Shown here: piece after piece, positions 14,001 to 28,974 of the stretch | Position numbering within the stretch: position 1 is the first letter of the stretch | Layout of the letters: each line of letters starts with the position of its first letter | Position numbers and translations under genes: made by a program | Assembly (NCBI GenBank): GCA_051294375.1 | Contig: CM119263.1 | Location: 25,387,367-25,451,366 of the forward strand | Direction: 5' to 3' | DNA: 64,000 bases | Origin: Paraspadella gotoi | Taxonomy: Eukaryota; Animalia; Chaetognatha | Notes under the pieces: generated by a model | The model's input: only the letters and a program-made list of their open reading frames with translations | What the model was told of the DNA's origin: nothing | The model's database searches: none

Positions 14001-17000
14001 GCAATTCAAGTCTTTTTCTCAATGTCTTTCTTCCTCCGCGAGGGAAAAAGGTAAATCTCGTTTTATGTTTCTCTGGCGTCTGAACTATACCATTTTCTTC
14101 ATCGCCCTCTTTTTTTTTTTCTTTGGCGCTCGACGGCCTTCCCACACAGACAACGCCCCCCCTGATACCCGCGCTTCTTTCAGTTTCTTCGCACAGAACT
14201 CGACCTTTCTCACATGCCTCCCACATCGAGACTTGTTTCTTTACCCAGATGCAAGTCCTCTTCTTTCTCATCCCCCCCACAATTTCGCCTTCCTCCTCCT
14301 CCTCAACGCCTCTCCCTTACTTCTTCCCCTCGCCACCTCACCCCACCCACTCCAAGACTGGTCTGCCATTGCCGGGTCAGAATCTTGTTTTTATTTCCCC
14401 TCGTTACCTGAACAAAAGGAATCGTTAAACGCCGAAAGAACATTAGGAAAAGTCATTTAGCTTCTTTGTAAGAGGCCTTTACCAATATCTCTCCATCTCT
14501 CTCTCCTCTCTCTCGTCTCTCTCTCAATCTCTCCTTCTCTCATCTCTCTCTCCCTTCTCGTCGAATTTTAGAGGCGTGGTGTTGCTTTTAACGCTCATTT
14601 GATATTGCGTCTGTAGCCGAAACTTGCAAATGCATTTTCCTAATACGAAAATGTTGATTGGGATTGTTCAATGTTCACGAAGTAAGAGAAGGAAATTGAT
14701 ACAGTAAATATATATTTTTTTTAAGTCGAAAAAAAAAAGTCATTTTACTAAAAACATGGGACCGTTCATGTGTTGCTAATATATCTATCTCAGCTAGACG
14801 GTTTTATTTTCTCTCCTGCCTACTGCGTTCCCTCATGCCAATCTTGTTCTTCGCCCTGCCAATTGTTTTTTTTTTCTGCCCTGCCTCGATTCTCCTTTTG
14901 GATCCGCTTTTGTCTTTTGTCTCGGTGGTTTTTAATTTTGCGGCCGTTGGGCGGCGCTCCCGCGTTTGACTCCGCCTCAAATCGGTCCTCGGTGCTTGGC
15001 TCTGGTGAGACGGCGACGATGAAGACGACGATGACGGAATGACGTTGAAAGAAGAAACAACGTCGCCGAGGACGACAAATCAAGTTAAAGAAAGTTTTTT
15101 TGTAAATTTTATGAGACAACAATAATGAGAAAAAATCTTTTATGACAAAAGCTGACGATAATATACAGCTGGTCAAAGTCTGGGTTTAACAGACGAAAAG
15201 AACTCGGACTCAAGACCGCGTACCTGGCTTGGAAAATAAACAGAATGTCAATGTTTGCAATTATAAATGGGAAATGAGAACCGGCGATTTTCGACAGGCG
15301 AAAAGAATGACAACGCGACCGAGTCTCCAAGAAATGATGACAAAATTGACAGCCGACGAGAGTCGAGAGATGACGCGCACCTCTCGAGCCTAAAACTGCA
15401 AAGGGTCAAAAAGGCGAAGAGGAAGCGAATCGAAATGAGTTTTTTGGTCTCTGAATCTAAGATGCGTCGGAGTCTCCGTATTCAATCGGGCTCGACACGA
15501 CGACGACGACGAGCGACGACGACGACGACGACGAAGACGCACGACCGACGACGACACCCCGGCAAGAAAGTCATGGTCCCTCCAGTGATCTGTAATTCAG
15601 AGATTTGTAACCGAGTGCAAAACGTTTTGTGGTTTCGTCGTTCGGTTAAAGATTGAAGGATACGGGATTTTTTGAAAAAAAAAAAGACAGAGCGACAGAG
15701 ACAGAGCATACAGACAGAGAGAAAGAGGAAAGAGCGAGACAAAGCGAGAAGCGTCGTAATTCGCGCTTATTGCGGCGAGGATTTGGTTTCCCTGTGGAAC
15801 AATAATGACAGCTTTAGTGATGTTGTGGATGTTGTGATGTTGATGCTTCTGATTCTCAAAAAAGCGTTGATGGAGTTTTAAAGTTTGGTAATCGCATTTT
15901 TGTTGTTACGTTTGATTCTGCCAACAGAAATAACGAAAGAAAGAACAACGCGAGCAGGAGATGACTTTAGACGCGCATCGGTCCCTGCGTATTGTAGTGG
16001 CAAGTTGACAATTCGAGTGACATAATTTAAAATCGGAATTTTTGGTTATGACAAGTAAAAGATTATAAACCGAAAATAGGCTCGATGTCAACGTTCGGTT
16101 GAAACGAGCCTCTCCTTTATTCACGTTTTTTATAAGTCGAACGAGGAAACATAATGAGAGTAAGCTATGATTGGCTCGAACGACGACGACGACGACGACG
16201 ACGACGAAAACTCCGGGAACGAAATGACGAGAAAAGGACGACTTCGAGATAAAAGCCAAAAGCGAAGTCGGAGACGCGAGAAATTCAGCGTAATGCTGAT
16301 GATGACGACCGATGACGATGAGATGATAACGACCATGAAATGATGATGATGATATCTTTTGCGCGGGAAGGTTCCAAACGATAAATCGGATTGAAATCGG
16401 CCGAGGAATCAAAGGGATCCGCGTCAACCAGAGAAACGGAAGCGGGATTCAGGCGACGTAACTTACCCTTGCTGTCTTCGCACACTGCCGCGTCATGCCA
16501 GTGCCCATCCCAACCCCCGCGCCCTCTTCTTTACTCAACAGGCCTCTTCCTCCTCCTTCCGACGCCCTTCGCATCCAACGCGACCCGCAAATTCATTTCA
16601 CCTTTTTGATGACACTCACTCGAAAGGAGAGAGATGAACCCCTACCCTCTATCAACCTGCCTCTTCCTCCTTTCATTTGCCTTTCCTGCTTCTATAATCA
16701 TTCGTTCTTCGTCCACTACATTTCTTGATGCCATCAACGAGCGCACACCGAACTTTTCTTTTTCTTCCTCTTACCTCTTCAGTTAGCTTTCTAAATTTCC
16801 GCTGTTTTTACAATATTTATTTCACATCCACTTGAACGTAACCCGTTAGCTTTAACTGGATGCCAAAATTCTAATCTGATAAGCTTTAGTTTAACGTTAG
16901 GTAATTTACCAAAAAAAAAAAACCAACCAATTCATAGTCTCCTCGAAACTTTAAGAATTCCACCCGCTTATGCTTCTCATGTTTTTATTTAGTATTTATC

Positions 17001-18129
17001 ATTTGCTAACGAATTTTACTTTACAAAATTTTTAGAAAAAAACTGGCCTCCCCTGCATCTTCCTTTCCGCGGTCTAAATCTACGATAACCCCGTGCCCAC
17101 AACCCCAGAGAACCTTCCCCCTTTACAGCCCTCCTCCTCCTTACCTCTCCTCGCAAAATCTGAGTGGGCGTCGGCCCGCTTTTTGCCTTTTCACGTTTGT
17201 CCTGCGCGACCTTCGATGGTCATAGTCGCCGCCTTTTATTTCGCATCTGACCAAAAAAAGGAATTCCTGTCTCTGTTACTCTCTATCTATCTCTCTCCTC
17301 CTCTCTCTCTCTATCTCTCTCGCTCTGTGCTTTGGTGCGAGAGAAGAATTCAATCGGGAGGAACACGAAAGTAGAAAAAGAGAGAGACGTCCGGTGAAAA
17401 GAAGGAATAATGCAATTAATGAAGCGGAAGAGACGAAAACGAGGATTCAGGTGAAGAAGAGACGGAATTCAATCCGTGTCCTCTGTCAGTAGAAGAACGA
17501 AATAGATGACGGGAAATTGACAAATCGATCGTAATCAACGCAGAGAGTCCTCACGCAGTGTCGTGCCTGAACTTTTGGGCTACTATTTTTCCAAGGCTTC
17601 CCCATATGCTTCATTTATTAAAGTTCTAATTCTACTATTAAGCTCTATTCTATTGCCTAAATTTTTAAGCTAATCCCTGACCCTCACCAGCTAGGTTACA
17701 TAACCCTCAATCCAACCTGAATCTTATACCGCATCATGTCCTAACTTAATCCAGTAACCAAAATATACGAATCTCATGAAATGGCGGGATTTTTGGAAGC
17801 ACCACATTGCGCACTAATCAAACGCTCGCGATGAACTGCTCATTCGTCCTACCTTTTGTAGTTCGTTGAGCGGCGATCTTATAAAACGATATTTTTTAAA
17901 AGACGCAAGTTTTAGCACAACTAAATAGTAGAATTATCAGACAAAGAATTTATGTTGATTGTTGCTGTTGAGGACCTAATATCAATACTTGAAAGTCTTC
18001 TCTCGTGCATCGACCATGCGTCCAAGACTCTTTCATCACAAATCGTCGCGTTGCAAAGGTGAAAAAAGGTGAGAGCGACAGAGAGGGAGAAGAGAGAGCG
18101 AGAGAAAGAGAGAGAAGGGCAAAGAGAAA

Positions 18130-18174
<45 letters not shown>

Positions 18175-18377
18175 GAGAGAGAAGAGAGAGAGAGAGAGAA
18201 GAGTAGAGACTGAGAGAAAGCGAGAGGTTTTTTCTCTCCCGTCGCACTCGGAGACGAATAACGCATTAACGACCCAACGCTTTTAGATCTTCGTGACCCG
18301 CTTGTTTTCTCTCCAATCAACTCCGACAGTCCACCCACGTAACCCGGCTGGAGAGAGGAGAGGAGAGAGAGAGGAGA

Positions 18378-18440
<63 letters not shown>

Positions 18441-19087
18441 AGAAATTCATTTCCTTCCATGCCATTGCATCTTTTCCGGCCCCCTAGTCCGCCCCCTGCG
18501 CTTCCCCGTCTTTCACTCCCTTTCCATCCTCCGCCCACCGTCAAAAGAGACCGGGCTTTGACCAATACTTCAACCCGAGAAATCCTCAAGTAGGCCCGAA
18601 CCAATGTCGCATTTCCAGTCCGGCCCCTTTTTTCGCTTCTTTAGTTGACAGACGCCCACCTCATGAGAGTAACAAAATTGCTGCACTCTGCAATGTTACT
18701 CAGCGTTGAGAGGCATGTTCACATTTCTCTCTCTAGTTTCCTGGAGCGGGAGATTTCAATTAGAGAAAAGGAAAACGTTCCTACGAACAAAAGGTAATAT
18801 TTGTTCGGGAAAATTAAACTGCTTGCGCTGGTGTATTGCTTTGTGGTGGCTGAATGATTTTTCTTGAGAATGCAATTTTCGCTCGTAGTGGTTATTCAAT
18901 GGAATTATTGCGCTGGAAAGACGTCAGGAAGTGGAGTCGTGCATTGACTTTGATCAGATATCTTTAATGTTTAAATAAAATATTCTGATAAAGACAATAA
19001 GACATTAAATATATATAATTGTAGAATTTAGAATAACGATGATAAAATATGCCCCTATGGCGTTGAATGTCCGTATTATCGAAGCCG

Positions 19088-19130
19088 GACTGAGATCTAA
19101 AGGTTCGCTGGTCGATCCCGGGTTTCACCG
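19088..19130 (+). pseudogene. tRNA-Phe 3'-half fragment (copy A)
   Basis: gactgagatctaaaggttcgctggtcgatcccgggtttcaccg, a noisy counterpart of 28975-29018. Confidence 0.5.
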
Positions 19131-19254
19131 AGTTGTTCTTCAGACTTTACATAATTTAGAGTTTACTGTTTGATTTTATTTTGTGTAACTGAGACTAAGT
19201 CTCAGTGTGACAATTGTCAAAAAATTATTATGATTTCAAAGAAAAAAACTATAA

Positions 19255-19333
19255 GCTTGGAATAGGCTCAGTTGGGAGAGCGTTAGACTGACAGATCTAA
19301 AAGGTCCCTGGTTCAATCCCCGGGGTTCCAGCA
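19255..19333 (+). tRNA. tRNA-Phe(GAA), copy A with 6 inserted bases (likely read errors)
   Basis: 79 nt versus 73 nt for the copy at 29148-29220; it differs only by insertions, one of them in the anticodon loop (ctgacag vs ctgaag). Confidence 0.6.
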
Positions 19334-20113
19334 GTAGGGTGAAAAATTTAAAACCGATATTTAACAGTCGTTGCATAATGACTTGATTGTTGTCTATAAT
19401 GAAATGAGAATAACAAAGTATAAATCTGTCTTGTAAGAAGAAACTTATTTGATGAAAGTTCTTTTAAAAGGAATGTCAGTAAAAAATATAGGTCTCGAGT
19501 AACTCAATATAATTGTTTTTTGCCACTGTTTCTCGCCATCAAATAACGCGTTTTAACTTTAAAGGTAACACCGCACTCAGGCGCTATCGACCGATGATCG
19601 AAAGAGGGGGGGAAAAAAGAAGAACTCGAATTGCGCTCGAATTTGTATATTCATTTACGAAGCATGTCGCCAGTCAAGATCTTTTTTGTTTTTTCACCGG
19701 ATTCTGTATTTTGTTGGCCCACTAGTCTCACGCCAGTGTCCGATCGCGTTCTAGGAGGACGACGGCCAATCCCAACAACCTTTGAGACTTGCATCGCGCG
19801 CGTGGACGAGGCAGGACGTCGATGCGTGAGTTAATTATGTTTTATTATTTTTCTATCTTTTTCTAGTCCTATATATATAACTAAAGAATACATTCGTACA
19901 GAAGAACACGAACATACGTATACCACGAAGGTTTTATTAGCGAACAGTATAGCATTAATAGAGCAGTGATTCCGTTACAATTTTTTTAAAAAACGTTCAG
20001 ATAAGAGCTGAATAAAATGAAAATTTAAATCGATATAAAACCAAAAAATTAATATAGACGGAAAACTGAAATATTCTTTGGCTAATACTACTTGAGAGAT
20101 ACACTATAATTTA

Positions 20114-21190
20114 CTATCCTTGAAAATATGGGACAAATAGGGGCAACCATTTTGGATTGCAATTGCCGGTTCGTGCCGATTTGACAATGTAGTAATTGGG
20201 CGCAAGTGGCGCAACATTGACGTGCGAAACGATACGCGATGGGGTTCAGAATTTCTGCAGAAAATGAAATATGAATATTTATTGAAATACATTGAAGATT
20301 GAAGTACAACTCAGAAAAGTTGTCAATTGAGTAAGACTTACGTTGGGGGATTTGTGTTGCTTGGCTGACTTGTTGCTGTTGTCCGGACAACACGAGGCTG
20401 GCAGATCTGACCGACGACGGCCTCCGGTAGAGGCTGCTCCTCCACCGAGTAAATCCGGCAGACCGCCCGCTCCGGTTCCCCTACGCCGAGGAGACCGCCG
20501 AGGTCACCTGGGAGCCCGCTGGAGACCGGCCACGCCGCCGCTGCCGCCCGCTGGGCCTCCACCGCCTCCAAGTAAAGATCCCCAGTCCGCCGCCAGCAGC
20601 GCCCGTACCACCGCCTCCACCACCACCCTGTATCCCAAGAATCCCCCAAGACCTCCAGCACCGCCAAGAAATCGTCCATATCACCGACAGAGCGGCGGCT
20701 TTCCTCCTGCTCCACCGACACCCCGTAGCTCCCCCAGCACCCTCCAGGCCCGCCGCCGACGCTGGCCGAGATGCCCGCCCAAAGCCATCAGTTTACCTGA
20801 AAAAGAACAAAATGTGGTGTGATATAAGTTTATTTGTAGCTTAAATATAATAGAACAAATTGTTGCGGGTGAGGAAATCTAAAAATGTTCGTGGATTATG
20901 AAATATGATATTATCATATTTAAAAAATATCATAATGAGGCAATTGAGGAAAAGTTAATGAATATCCAATTAACTAAAATTAGGAAAATTCAATTGTTTC
21001 AACAAATATTAAATCAAAGCATTGCCAAAGGTTTTTTTATAATCATTTAATTTTTATGTCCAATTCCGAGGAAATTTGGGCCTTTTTTTTGACGTTAAAA
21101 TTCACTCCACGTGTGCCAAAGAAAAAGCGTCCGCCGACGAAGGAAAAGACGAATGTTAAAAATAAGCAAAACAGTATTCTTCTGTCCCAT
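20114..21190 (-). pseudogene. Frameshifted copy A of the Gly-rich/Cys-rich secreted protein gene
   Basis: Same three exons as 29990-31028 with many indels. Fragments AYRFARQCCATCA and GLPGDLGGLLG are visible in the ORF track. Confidence 0.7.
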
Positions 21191-21439
21191 TTTGATGTTT
21201 AATTCGTTATGTTCGTTTGAATTAACGGTGCGAGTTTGGCCTCTTTATATAAATCAGCGTGGGTCCGAGCGAATCGAAATAATGTGAACATAAAGAGACA
21301 AGAGGTTTTCAATTGTCGACGTGATCGTATGCCGAATCTTGAGAACGGGCGAAATCGAGAAGAAACAAAGAAGATCGATCTGGCGTCCGAACAGTTTTCA
21401 TGGGTCTCAAAAGTGAATAAACGCGGCTTCATAGGATGA

Positions 21440-22584
21440 ATGACCCTCGATCAGCCGAGGGCTGGAGGTCACTGGTCACCACTTTGGTCACTGTCAAGGG
21501 CTGAAAGAGAAACTAGAAACGAGTCCTCCTTGGCTTGCGATATCGATGGAGCGAGAGAGGTCAACCCAAAAAATATCTGGCGGGGGAAGAGAATGGAATT
21601 GGTTGGAGACGAATTAAATTGTAGCTGACAGAAACTATAATCCCTAAGTCTGGGTCTAGAGACTATTTCCCTTGTTTCTGTCGCGTTAAATGAAAACAAT
21701 TATTAAAATTCATTTATAAAATCTAGTTTATTGGTCAAGGGAGAACGTAATTTTTCTAAAAAGAGACTGTGAGAAAGTCTTGAATTGAAAGCTTACAGGG
21801 ACCTGCTATGCTCATTATTTTGGTAAAGAGTGGATGGAGGCCTTAAACCACCCAAAGCCTGTCCAAAGTCATGGGCAGAAAAATAGCTTATTTATTAAAA
21901 TGAATGGAATAATTTTTATATGGTTGTACCAATTTCATATTAAATATGGATTTAAAGGAAAAGCAATAATATAAAGATGTGAGATTTAAAGATGATCTGA
22001 ACTGTTATCCGCGAGCCAAAGGTTCGATTCATTCAAACAGTCTTTTACAAGAGAGACAGAATTTTACATACTACATAAAAAACTAAATTTTGTTCAATTT
22101 TCAGGTATCTTGAATTAACATTACTTAACTTTTACTGTCGGAAAATATTTCTTGTGTTTTTTAAAACAATAAAAGAATTCTACTTCTACGACTTTACGCT
22201 TCCCTATCTTTCTTTGGTTTGCAGGTCGCAAACTTTGGAAGCGGGAGTGAATCCAAATGACAAAACATTCACGAATTCGCGGTTAGGACGCGCTACTCTC
22301 TGTTAGCCCACGCTCTCACGGAAAGTAAACAAAAGAGCATGAAATGATTTTTTTTATCATTATTATATTATAATATGAATGGATTAATGGATACTTAATA
22401 TGAATGGATAATTTTATATTGTTGTACCAATTTCATAATATCAAAACTGCGAAGTACATTATTAAATTCGGTTTTTTAAGAAAATATAATATATTTATAA
22501 TTTCAAAATCAAACCAGGCTACTCTGCGATAGTTCGACTTTTGCTGCTAAAGGAGCTAATCCAAATATCAAAGATCCCAGTTCT
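21440..22584 (+). pseudogene. Truncated, noisy copy A of the 5' part of the ankyrin-repeat gene
   Basis: Matches 31256-32376 and is cut by the 25-N gap inside the GANPNIKDPSS exon. Confidence 0.6.
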
Positions 22585-24751
22585 NNNNNNNNNNNNNNNN
22601 NNNNNNNNNGCTAGACGTCGTCTTCGTTCGTCGTTGTCATCGTCTGCTTCGTCGTCGTTCTTAAAACACTTTGTCATTGTCTGAAGAAGCTTTTACTTTT
22701 TCTCTTTCTTTGTCAACACTTAATACCGGCCTCTGTCTTTCGATCAGCGATTACCGATTGTCCAATTTTTAGCAGTCGTTCAAATCGTAATAACTCCGTC
22801 NNNNNNNNNNNNNNNNNNNNNNNNNNNNNNNNNNNNNNNNNNNNNNNNNNNNNNNNNNNNNNNNNNNNNNNNNNNNNNNNNNNNNNNNNNNNNNNNNNNN
22901 NNNNNNNNNNNNNNNNNNNNNNNNNNNNNNNNNNNNNNNNNNNNNNNNNNNNNNNNNNNNNNNNNNNNNNNNNNNNNNNNNNNNNNNNNNNNNNNNNNNN
23001 NNNNNNNNNNNNNNNNNNNNNNNNNNNNNNNNNNNNNNNNNNNNNTCGTCGTCGTCGTCGTTGTCGTCGTCGTCATCATCTAAGTTGTCAGTGTCGTCAA
23101 CGTTGTCATCATGATGATCACTCGCGTCGCCGTCGATCTTTAAAAAAAGTCGCGAAAAAAAAAACATTTTTTTACGAACCAAGTTTACGAACCGAGTTTT
23201 TTTCAGGAAAACTAAAATGTAACTAATTTTTTTTTTTTCGCCGGTAACGTGTTTTCGTAACGAAAAATAAAAAAAAAAGTATTTTGGCGGGGTTTTTTTT
23301 AACTTTTTTCTCTTTTGGTCGTTACCGATTTTTGAAGCCTGAAATGAAGTCTCTGCCTAACCTTTACCGCGAACGGTTTTTCTCGGGGCAGCAATTACAA
23401 GGAAAAAAAATTTCCCTCCGTCGCCTCGTAAAACCCTTATCTTTCGCTTTGAGCCCGAATGCGGACTTCGACGCCGCTGCTTGCAATGGAGACGGGAACG
23501 CCGACGTCGTTGCTTGCAATGAAGGGGAACGTCGTTGCTTGGAATACGGGAACGGATTGCAACGACGTGTAGCTTTACCTTTTATTGCATTTTTGCGTGG
23601 AGTGCGCTGATAACAGATAAGATGAACATGACAAGATAAAGTAAGTAAAAAGAGTTGAATTTGTTCGGTTCCTACTAATTTCTCACATTCTAAACNNNNN
23701 NNNNNNNNNNNNNNNNNNNNNNNNNNNNNNNNNNNNNNNNNNNNNNNNNNNNNNNNNNNNNNNNNNNNNNNNNNNNNNNNNNNNNNNNNNNNNNNNNNNN
23801 NNNNNNNNNNNNNNNNNNNNNNNNNNNNNNNNNNNNNNNNNNNNNNNNNNNNNNNNNNNNNNNNNNNNNNNNNNNNNNNNNNNNNNNNNNNNNNNNNNNN
23901 NNCGACGACGACGACGACGACGACGACGACGCCGTGTTGCGAGTTATTGTCCTCTCGTCTTTGTTCGTCGACGCTTTCATCCACGTCGTGTCCCCGTTTA
24001 GGAAACAAGTTCCAACGATTTCTTCTTTTCCTTTATTTTTTTTTTTTAGTAACTTTTTTTCCTTATCTTTCCTTTTCCTTTTTTTATTTTCCTTTCCTAG
24101 TTGCTTGCATTCCTTTTTTTTTCCTTCCCCCATTTTCCTTATTTTCTCTTTTCATACTTTTTTTTTCCTTTAAAAATCATCCCATAGATGTCTCATTCTT
24201 TCACCGGCGTCCGTTTCTTCTCCCTTTTGTTTCTCGAGTGAGAACCTTTCTCTTGTTTTCTTTTTCTTTCCTCTTGTTTTCTTTTTCTTTCCTCGCCAAC
24301 CTCCAATTCAATCTTTTTCTCATTCTTTCTTCCTCCGCGAGCAAAAAGAAATCTCTTTTATTTTCTTGGCGTCTGACTACCTTTTCTTCTCGCCTCCTTT
24401 TTTTTTTTCTTCGCCGCTCGACGCCTCCACACAACCGCCCCCCCTCATCCCGCGCTTCTTTCGTTTCTTCCACCAGAAATCCCTTTCTCACATCCTCCCC
24501 ACATCGAGACTTTTCTCTTCCGGATTCAAATCCTCTTCTTCTCATCCCACCCCCACTTTCCCTTCCTCCTCCTCCTCAACCCCTCCCTCTCACTCTCCCC
24601 CTCCACCTCACCCCCCCCCCAGACGTCTGCCATTCCGCGTCCAGAATCTTGTTTTTATCTTCCCCTCGTTTACCTGAACAAAAAGGAATCGTTAAACGCC
24701 GAAAGAAATTAGGAAAAGTCATTTAGCTTCTTTGTAAGAGGCCTTATACAA

Positions 24752-24790
<39 letters not shown>

Positions 24791-25686
24791 ATTTATAGAG
24801 CCGTGGATGTTGCTTTCTAACGCTCATTTGCATATTGCGTCTGTAGCCAAACTTCAATGCATTTCCTAATACGAAATGTTGATTTGGGATTGTTCAATGT
24901 TCACAGTAAAGAAGGAAATTGTATCAGTAAAATATATATTTTTTTAAGTCAAGAGTCATTTTACTAAAACATGGGACCTGTTCATTGTTGTAATATATCT
25001 ATCTCAGCTAGACGGTTTTATTTTCTCCCTCCTAACCTTGCGTTCCCCATGCCAATCTTGTTCTCGCCCTGCCAATGTTTTTTTTTTCTGCCCTGCCTCG
25101 AACTCCTTTTGGATCCGCTTTTGTCTTTTGTCTCGGTGGTTTTTATTTTGCGCCGTTGGCGGCGCTCCCGCTTTGACTTCCGCCTCAACGGTCTCGGTGC
25201 TGGCCTCTGGTGAGACGGCGACGATGAAGACGACGATGACGATGACGTTGAAGAAGAAACAACGTCGGCGAGGACGACAAATCAAGTTAAAGAAAGTTTT
25301 GTAAATTTTAATGATGACAACAATAATGAGAAAAAAATCTTTTATGACAAAAGCTGACGATAATATAACAGCTGGTCAATCTGGGTTTAACCAGACGAAA
25401 AGAACTCGGATCAAGACCCTAACCTGGCTTGAAAATAAACGGAATGTCAATGTTTGCAATTAATGAAAATGGGGAAATGAGAACCGCGATTTCGAGTCAG
25501 GCGAAAAGAATGACAACGACGACCGAGTCTCAAGAAAATGATGACAAAATTGACGCCGACAGAGAGTCGAGAGAGACGCCACCTCTCGAGCCTAAAATCA
25601 AAAGGGTCAAAAGCGAAGAGAAGCGAATCGAAATGAGTTTTTTGGTCTCTGAATCTAAGATGCGCGAGTCTCCTATTCAAATCGGC

Positions 25687-25742
<56 letters not shown>

Positions 25743-27429
25743 CACGAGGACGTCCGCGACACCCGCAAAAAGTCATGGTCCCCCAGTGATTGTATTCAGA
25801 GATGTACCGAGTGCAAACCTTTGGTGGTTCGTCCTTCGGGTAAAGAATTGAAGATACGGGATTTTTTTGAAAAAAAAAAAGACAGGCGGACAGACAGACA
25901 TACAGACAGAGAGAAAGAGAAAGAGAGACAAAGCGAGAGCGTCGTAATCCGCTTATTGCGCGAGGATTTGGTTCCCTGTGAAACAATAATGACGCTTTAG
26001 TGATGTTGTGATGTTGTGATGTTGACGCTTCTGATTCTCAAAAAAGCGTTGATGGAGTTTTTAAAGTTGGTATCGACATTTTTGTTGGTTACGTTGATTC
26101 TGCCAACAGAAATAACGTAAAAGAAAAACAGCGAGCAGGAGATGACTTTAGACCGCATCGGTCCTCGTATTGTAGTGGCAATTGACAATTCGAGTGACAT
26201 AAATTTAAATCGGAATTTTGGTTATGACAAGTAAAAAGATTATAAACCGAAAATGAGCTCGATGTCAACGTTCGGTTGAACGACCTCTTCCTTTATTCAG
26301 TTTTTTTATAAGTCGAACGAGGAAAATAATGAGAGTGAAGCTATGATTGGCTCGAACGACGACGACGACGACGACGACGACGAAAACTCCGGGAACGAAA
26401 TGACGAGAAAAAGGACGACATTCGAGATAAAAGCCAAAAGCGGAAGTCGGAGACGCGAGAAATTCACGATAATCTGATGATGACGACGATGACGATGAAG
26501 ATGATAACGACGATGAAGATGATGATGATGATATCTTTTGCGACTGGGAAGTTCCAACGATAAATCGGATTGAATCGCGAGGAATCAAAGGGATCCCGTC
26601 TAATCCCAGAGAAACGGACGGGATTCGAGCGACGTAACTTACCCTTTGCTGTCTTCGCCACTGCCGCGTCATTGCCAGTGGCCCATCCCAACCCCCGCGC
26701 CCTCTTCTTTACTCACACAGCCTCTTCCCCTCTCCGACGCCTTCGCATCCAACGCGACCCAAATTCATTTCACCTTTTGATGACACTACTCGAAAGGAGA
26801 GAGATGAACCCCTACCCTCTATCACCTGCCTCTTCCTCCTTTCATTGCCTTTTCCCTGCTTCCCTTAATCATTCTTCGTCACTACATTTCTTGATGCCAT
26901 CATCGAGCCAACCAGACTTCTTTTTTCTTCCTCTTTACCTCTTCAGTGAGCTTTCTAAATTTCCCTGTTTTTACAAATTTATTTCACATCCACTTGAACG
27001 TAACCCGTTAGCTTTACTGGATCCAAAATTCCTAATCTGATAAGCTTTAAGTTTAAGTTTAAGGTAATTTACCAAAAAAAAAAAACCAACCAATTCATTC
27101 TCCTCGAAACTATTAAGAATTCCACCCGCTATGCTTCTCATTTTTTATTTAGCATTTATCATTTGCTAACATTTTACTATCATTTAAAAAAAACTGGCCT
27201 CTCCATCTTCCTTTCCCGCGCTCTATCTACGATAACCCCGTGCCCACAACCCCAGAGAACCTCCCCCCTTTACAGCCCCTCCTCCTCCTTACCTCTCTCG
27301 GCATCTGAGTGGGCGTGGCCCCTTTTTGCCTTTTCACGTTTTCCTCGCGACTCTTCGATGGTCATTCGCCGCCTTTTATTCGCATCTGACCAAAAAAAAG
27401 GAATTCCTGTCTCTGTATCTCTCTATCTA

Positions 27430-27461
<32 letters not shown>

Positions 27462-28205
27462 GTCTCTGTCTTTGTGCGAGAGAAGATTCAATCGGGAGGA
27501 CACGAAATAAAAAAAAGAGAGAGACGTCCGGTGAAAGAAGGAATGAATGAATTAATGAACGGAAGAGACGAAAACGAGGATTCAGGTGAAGAAGAGACGG
27601 AATTCAATCGCGTCTTCAGTTAGAAGACGAAATAGATGACGGAATTTGACAAATCGATCGTAATCAACGCAGAGAAGTCCTCAACGCAGTCGTCCTACTT
27701 TTGGCACTATTTTTCCAAGGCTCCCCATATCGCTTCATTTATAAATTCTAATTCTACTATTAAGCCTATTCTATTGCTAAATTTTTAAGCTAATCCCTGA
27801 CCCTCACCACTATTCATAACCTAATCCCAAACCCTAATCTTTATCCCTAATTCCTAACTTAATCCATAACCTAATATTACAATCTATGAAATGGCGGGAT
27901 TTTTGGAAACCATTGCCAACTAATCAACGCTTCGCAATGAACTCGTCATTCGTCCAACTTTTGTAGTCGTTGAGGGGATCTTATAAAACGATATTTTTAA
28001 AAGACGCAAGTTTACACAACTAAATAGTAAATTATAACAAAGATTTTATGTTGATTGTTGACTGTTGAGGTACCTTAAATACAATACTTGAAAGTCTTCT
28101 CTCGTCATCCCATCGTCCAAACTCTTTCTCACAAATCGTCGCGTTGCAAAGGTGAAAAAAGGTGAGAGCGAAAAAGAGAGGGAGAAAGAGAGCGAGAGAA
28201 AGAGA

Positions 28206-28345
<140 letters not shown>

Positions 28346-28974
28346 TCATTTCCTTCCATCCATTGCATCTCTTTCCGCCCCCCTCCGCCCCCCTGCGCTT
28401 CCCCTCTTTCACTCCCTTTCCATCTCCGCCCACCGTCAAAAGAGACCGGCTTTGACCATACTTCAACCCCGAGAAATCCTCAAGGTAGGGCCGAACCAAA
28501 TGTCGCCATTCCAGCCGGCCCCTTTTTCGCTTTCTTAGTGACAGACGCCACCTCATGAGAGTAACAAATTGCTGCAGTCTGCAATGTTACTCAGCGTTGA
28601 GAGCATGTTTCACATTTCTCTCTAGTTTCTGGACGGGAGATTCAATTAAGAAAAGGAAAACGTTCCTACGAACAAGAGGTAATATTTTTCGGGAAAATTA
28701 AAACTGCTTGCGCTGGTGTATTGCTTGTGGTGCTGAATGAGTTTTTCTTGAGATGCAATTTTCGCTCGTAGTGGTTATTCAATGGTAATTATTGCGTGAG
28801 AAAAGACGTCAGGAGTGGAAGTCGTGCATTGACTTTGATTCAGATATCTTTAATGTTTAAATAAATATATCTGATAAGACAATAAGACATTAAATATATC
28901 ATAATTGTAGAATTTAGAATAACGATGATAAAATATGCCCCTATGGCGTTTGATGTCCGATATTATCGAAGCCG

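Larger units (their letters stand above)
12410..22584 (+). repeat. Copy A of a ~10 kb direct duplication (indel-rich, probably an assembly artefact)
   Basis: Collinear with 22610-32376 throughout. It ends at ...aagatcccagttct followed by a 25-N gap; the same sequence recurs ending at 32376. Many single-base insertions relative to copy B. Confidence 0.9.

Noticed and set aside
13482-18604. Numerous Phe/Leu/Ser-rich or Arg/Glu-rich ORFs (also at 4873-5661, 10663-11795, 23934-28556, 52828-53152)
   Set aside because: Translations of pyrimidine/purine tracts and microsatellites; frames are not conserved between the duplicate copies.
19255-19333. tRNA with an expanded anticodon loop (frameshift suppressor?)
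   Set aside because: One of six scattered insertions in the error-rich duplicate; the clean copy is a normal tRNA-Phe.
27810-27880. Degenerate CCCTAA-like hexamers (interstitial telomere?)
   Set aside because: Too short and degenerate; common low-complexity sequence.
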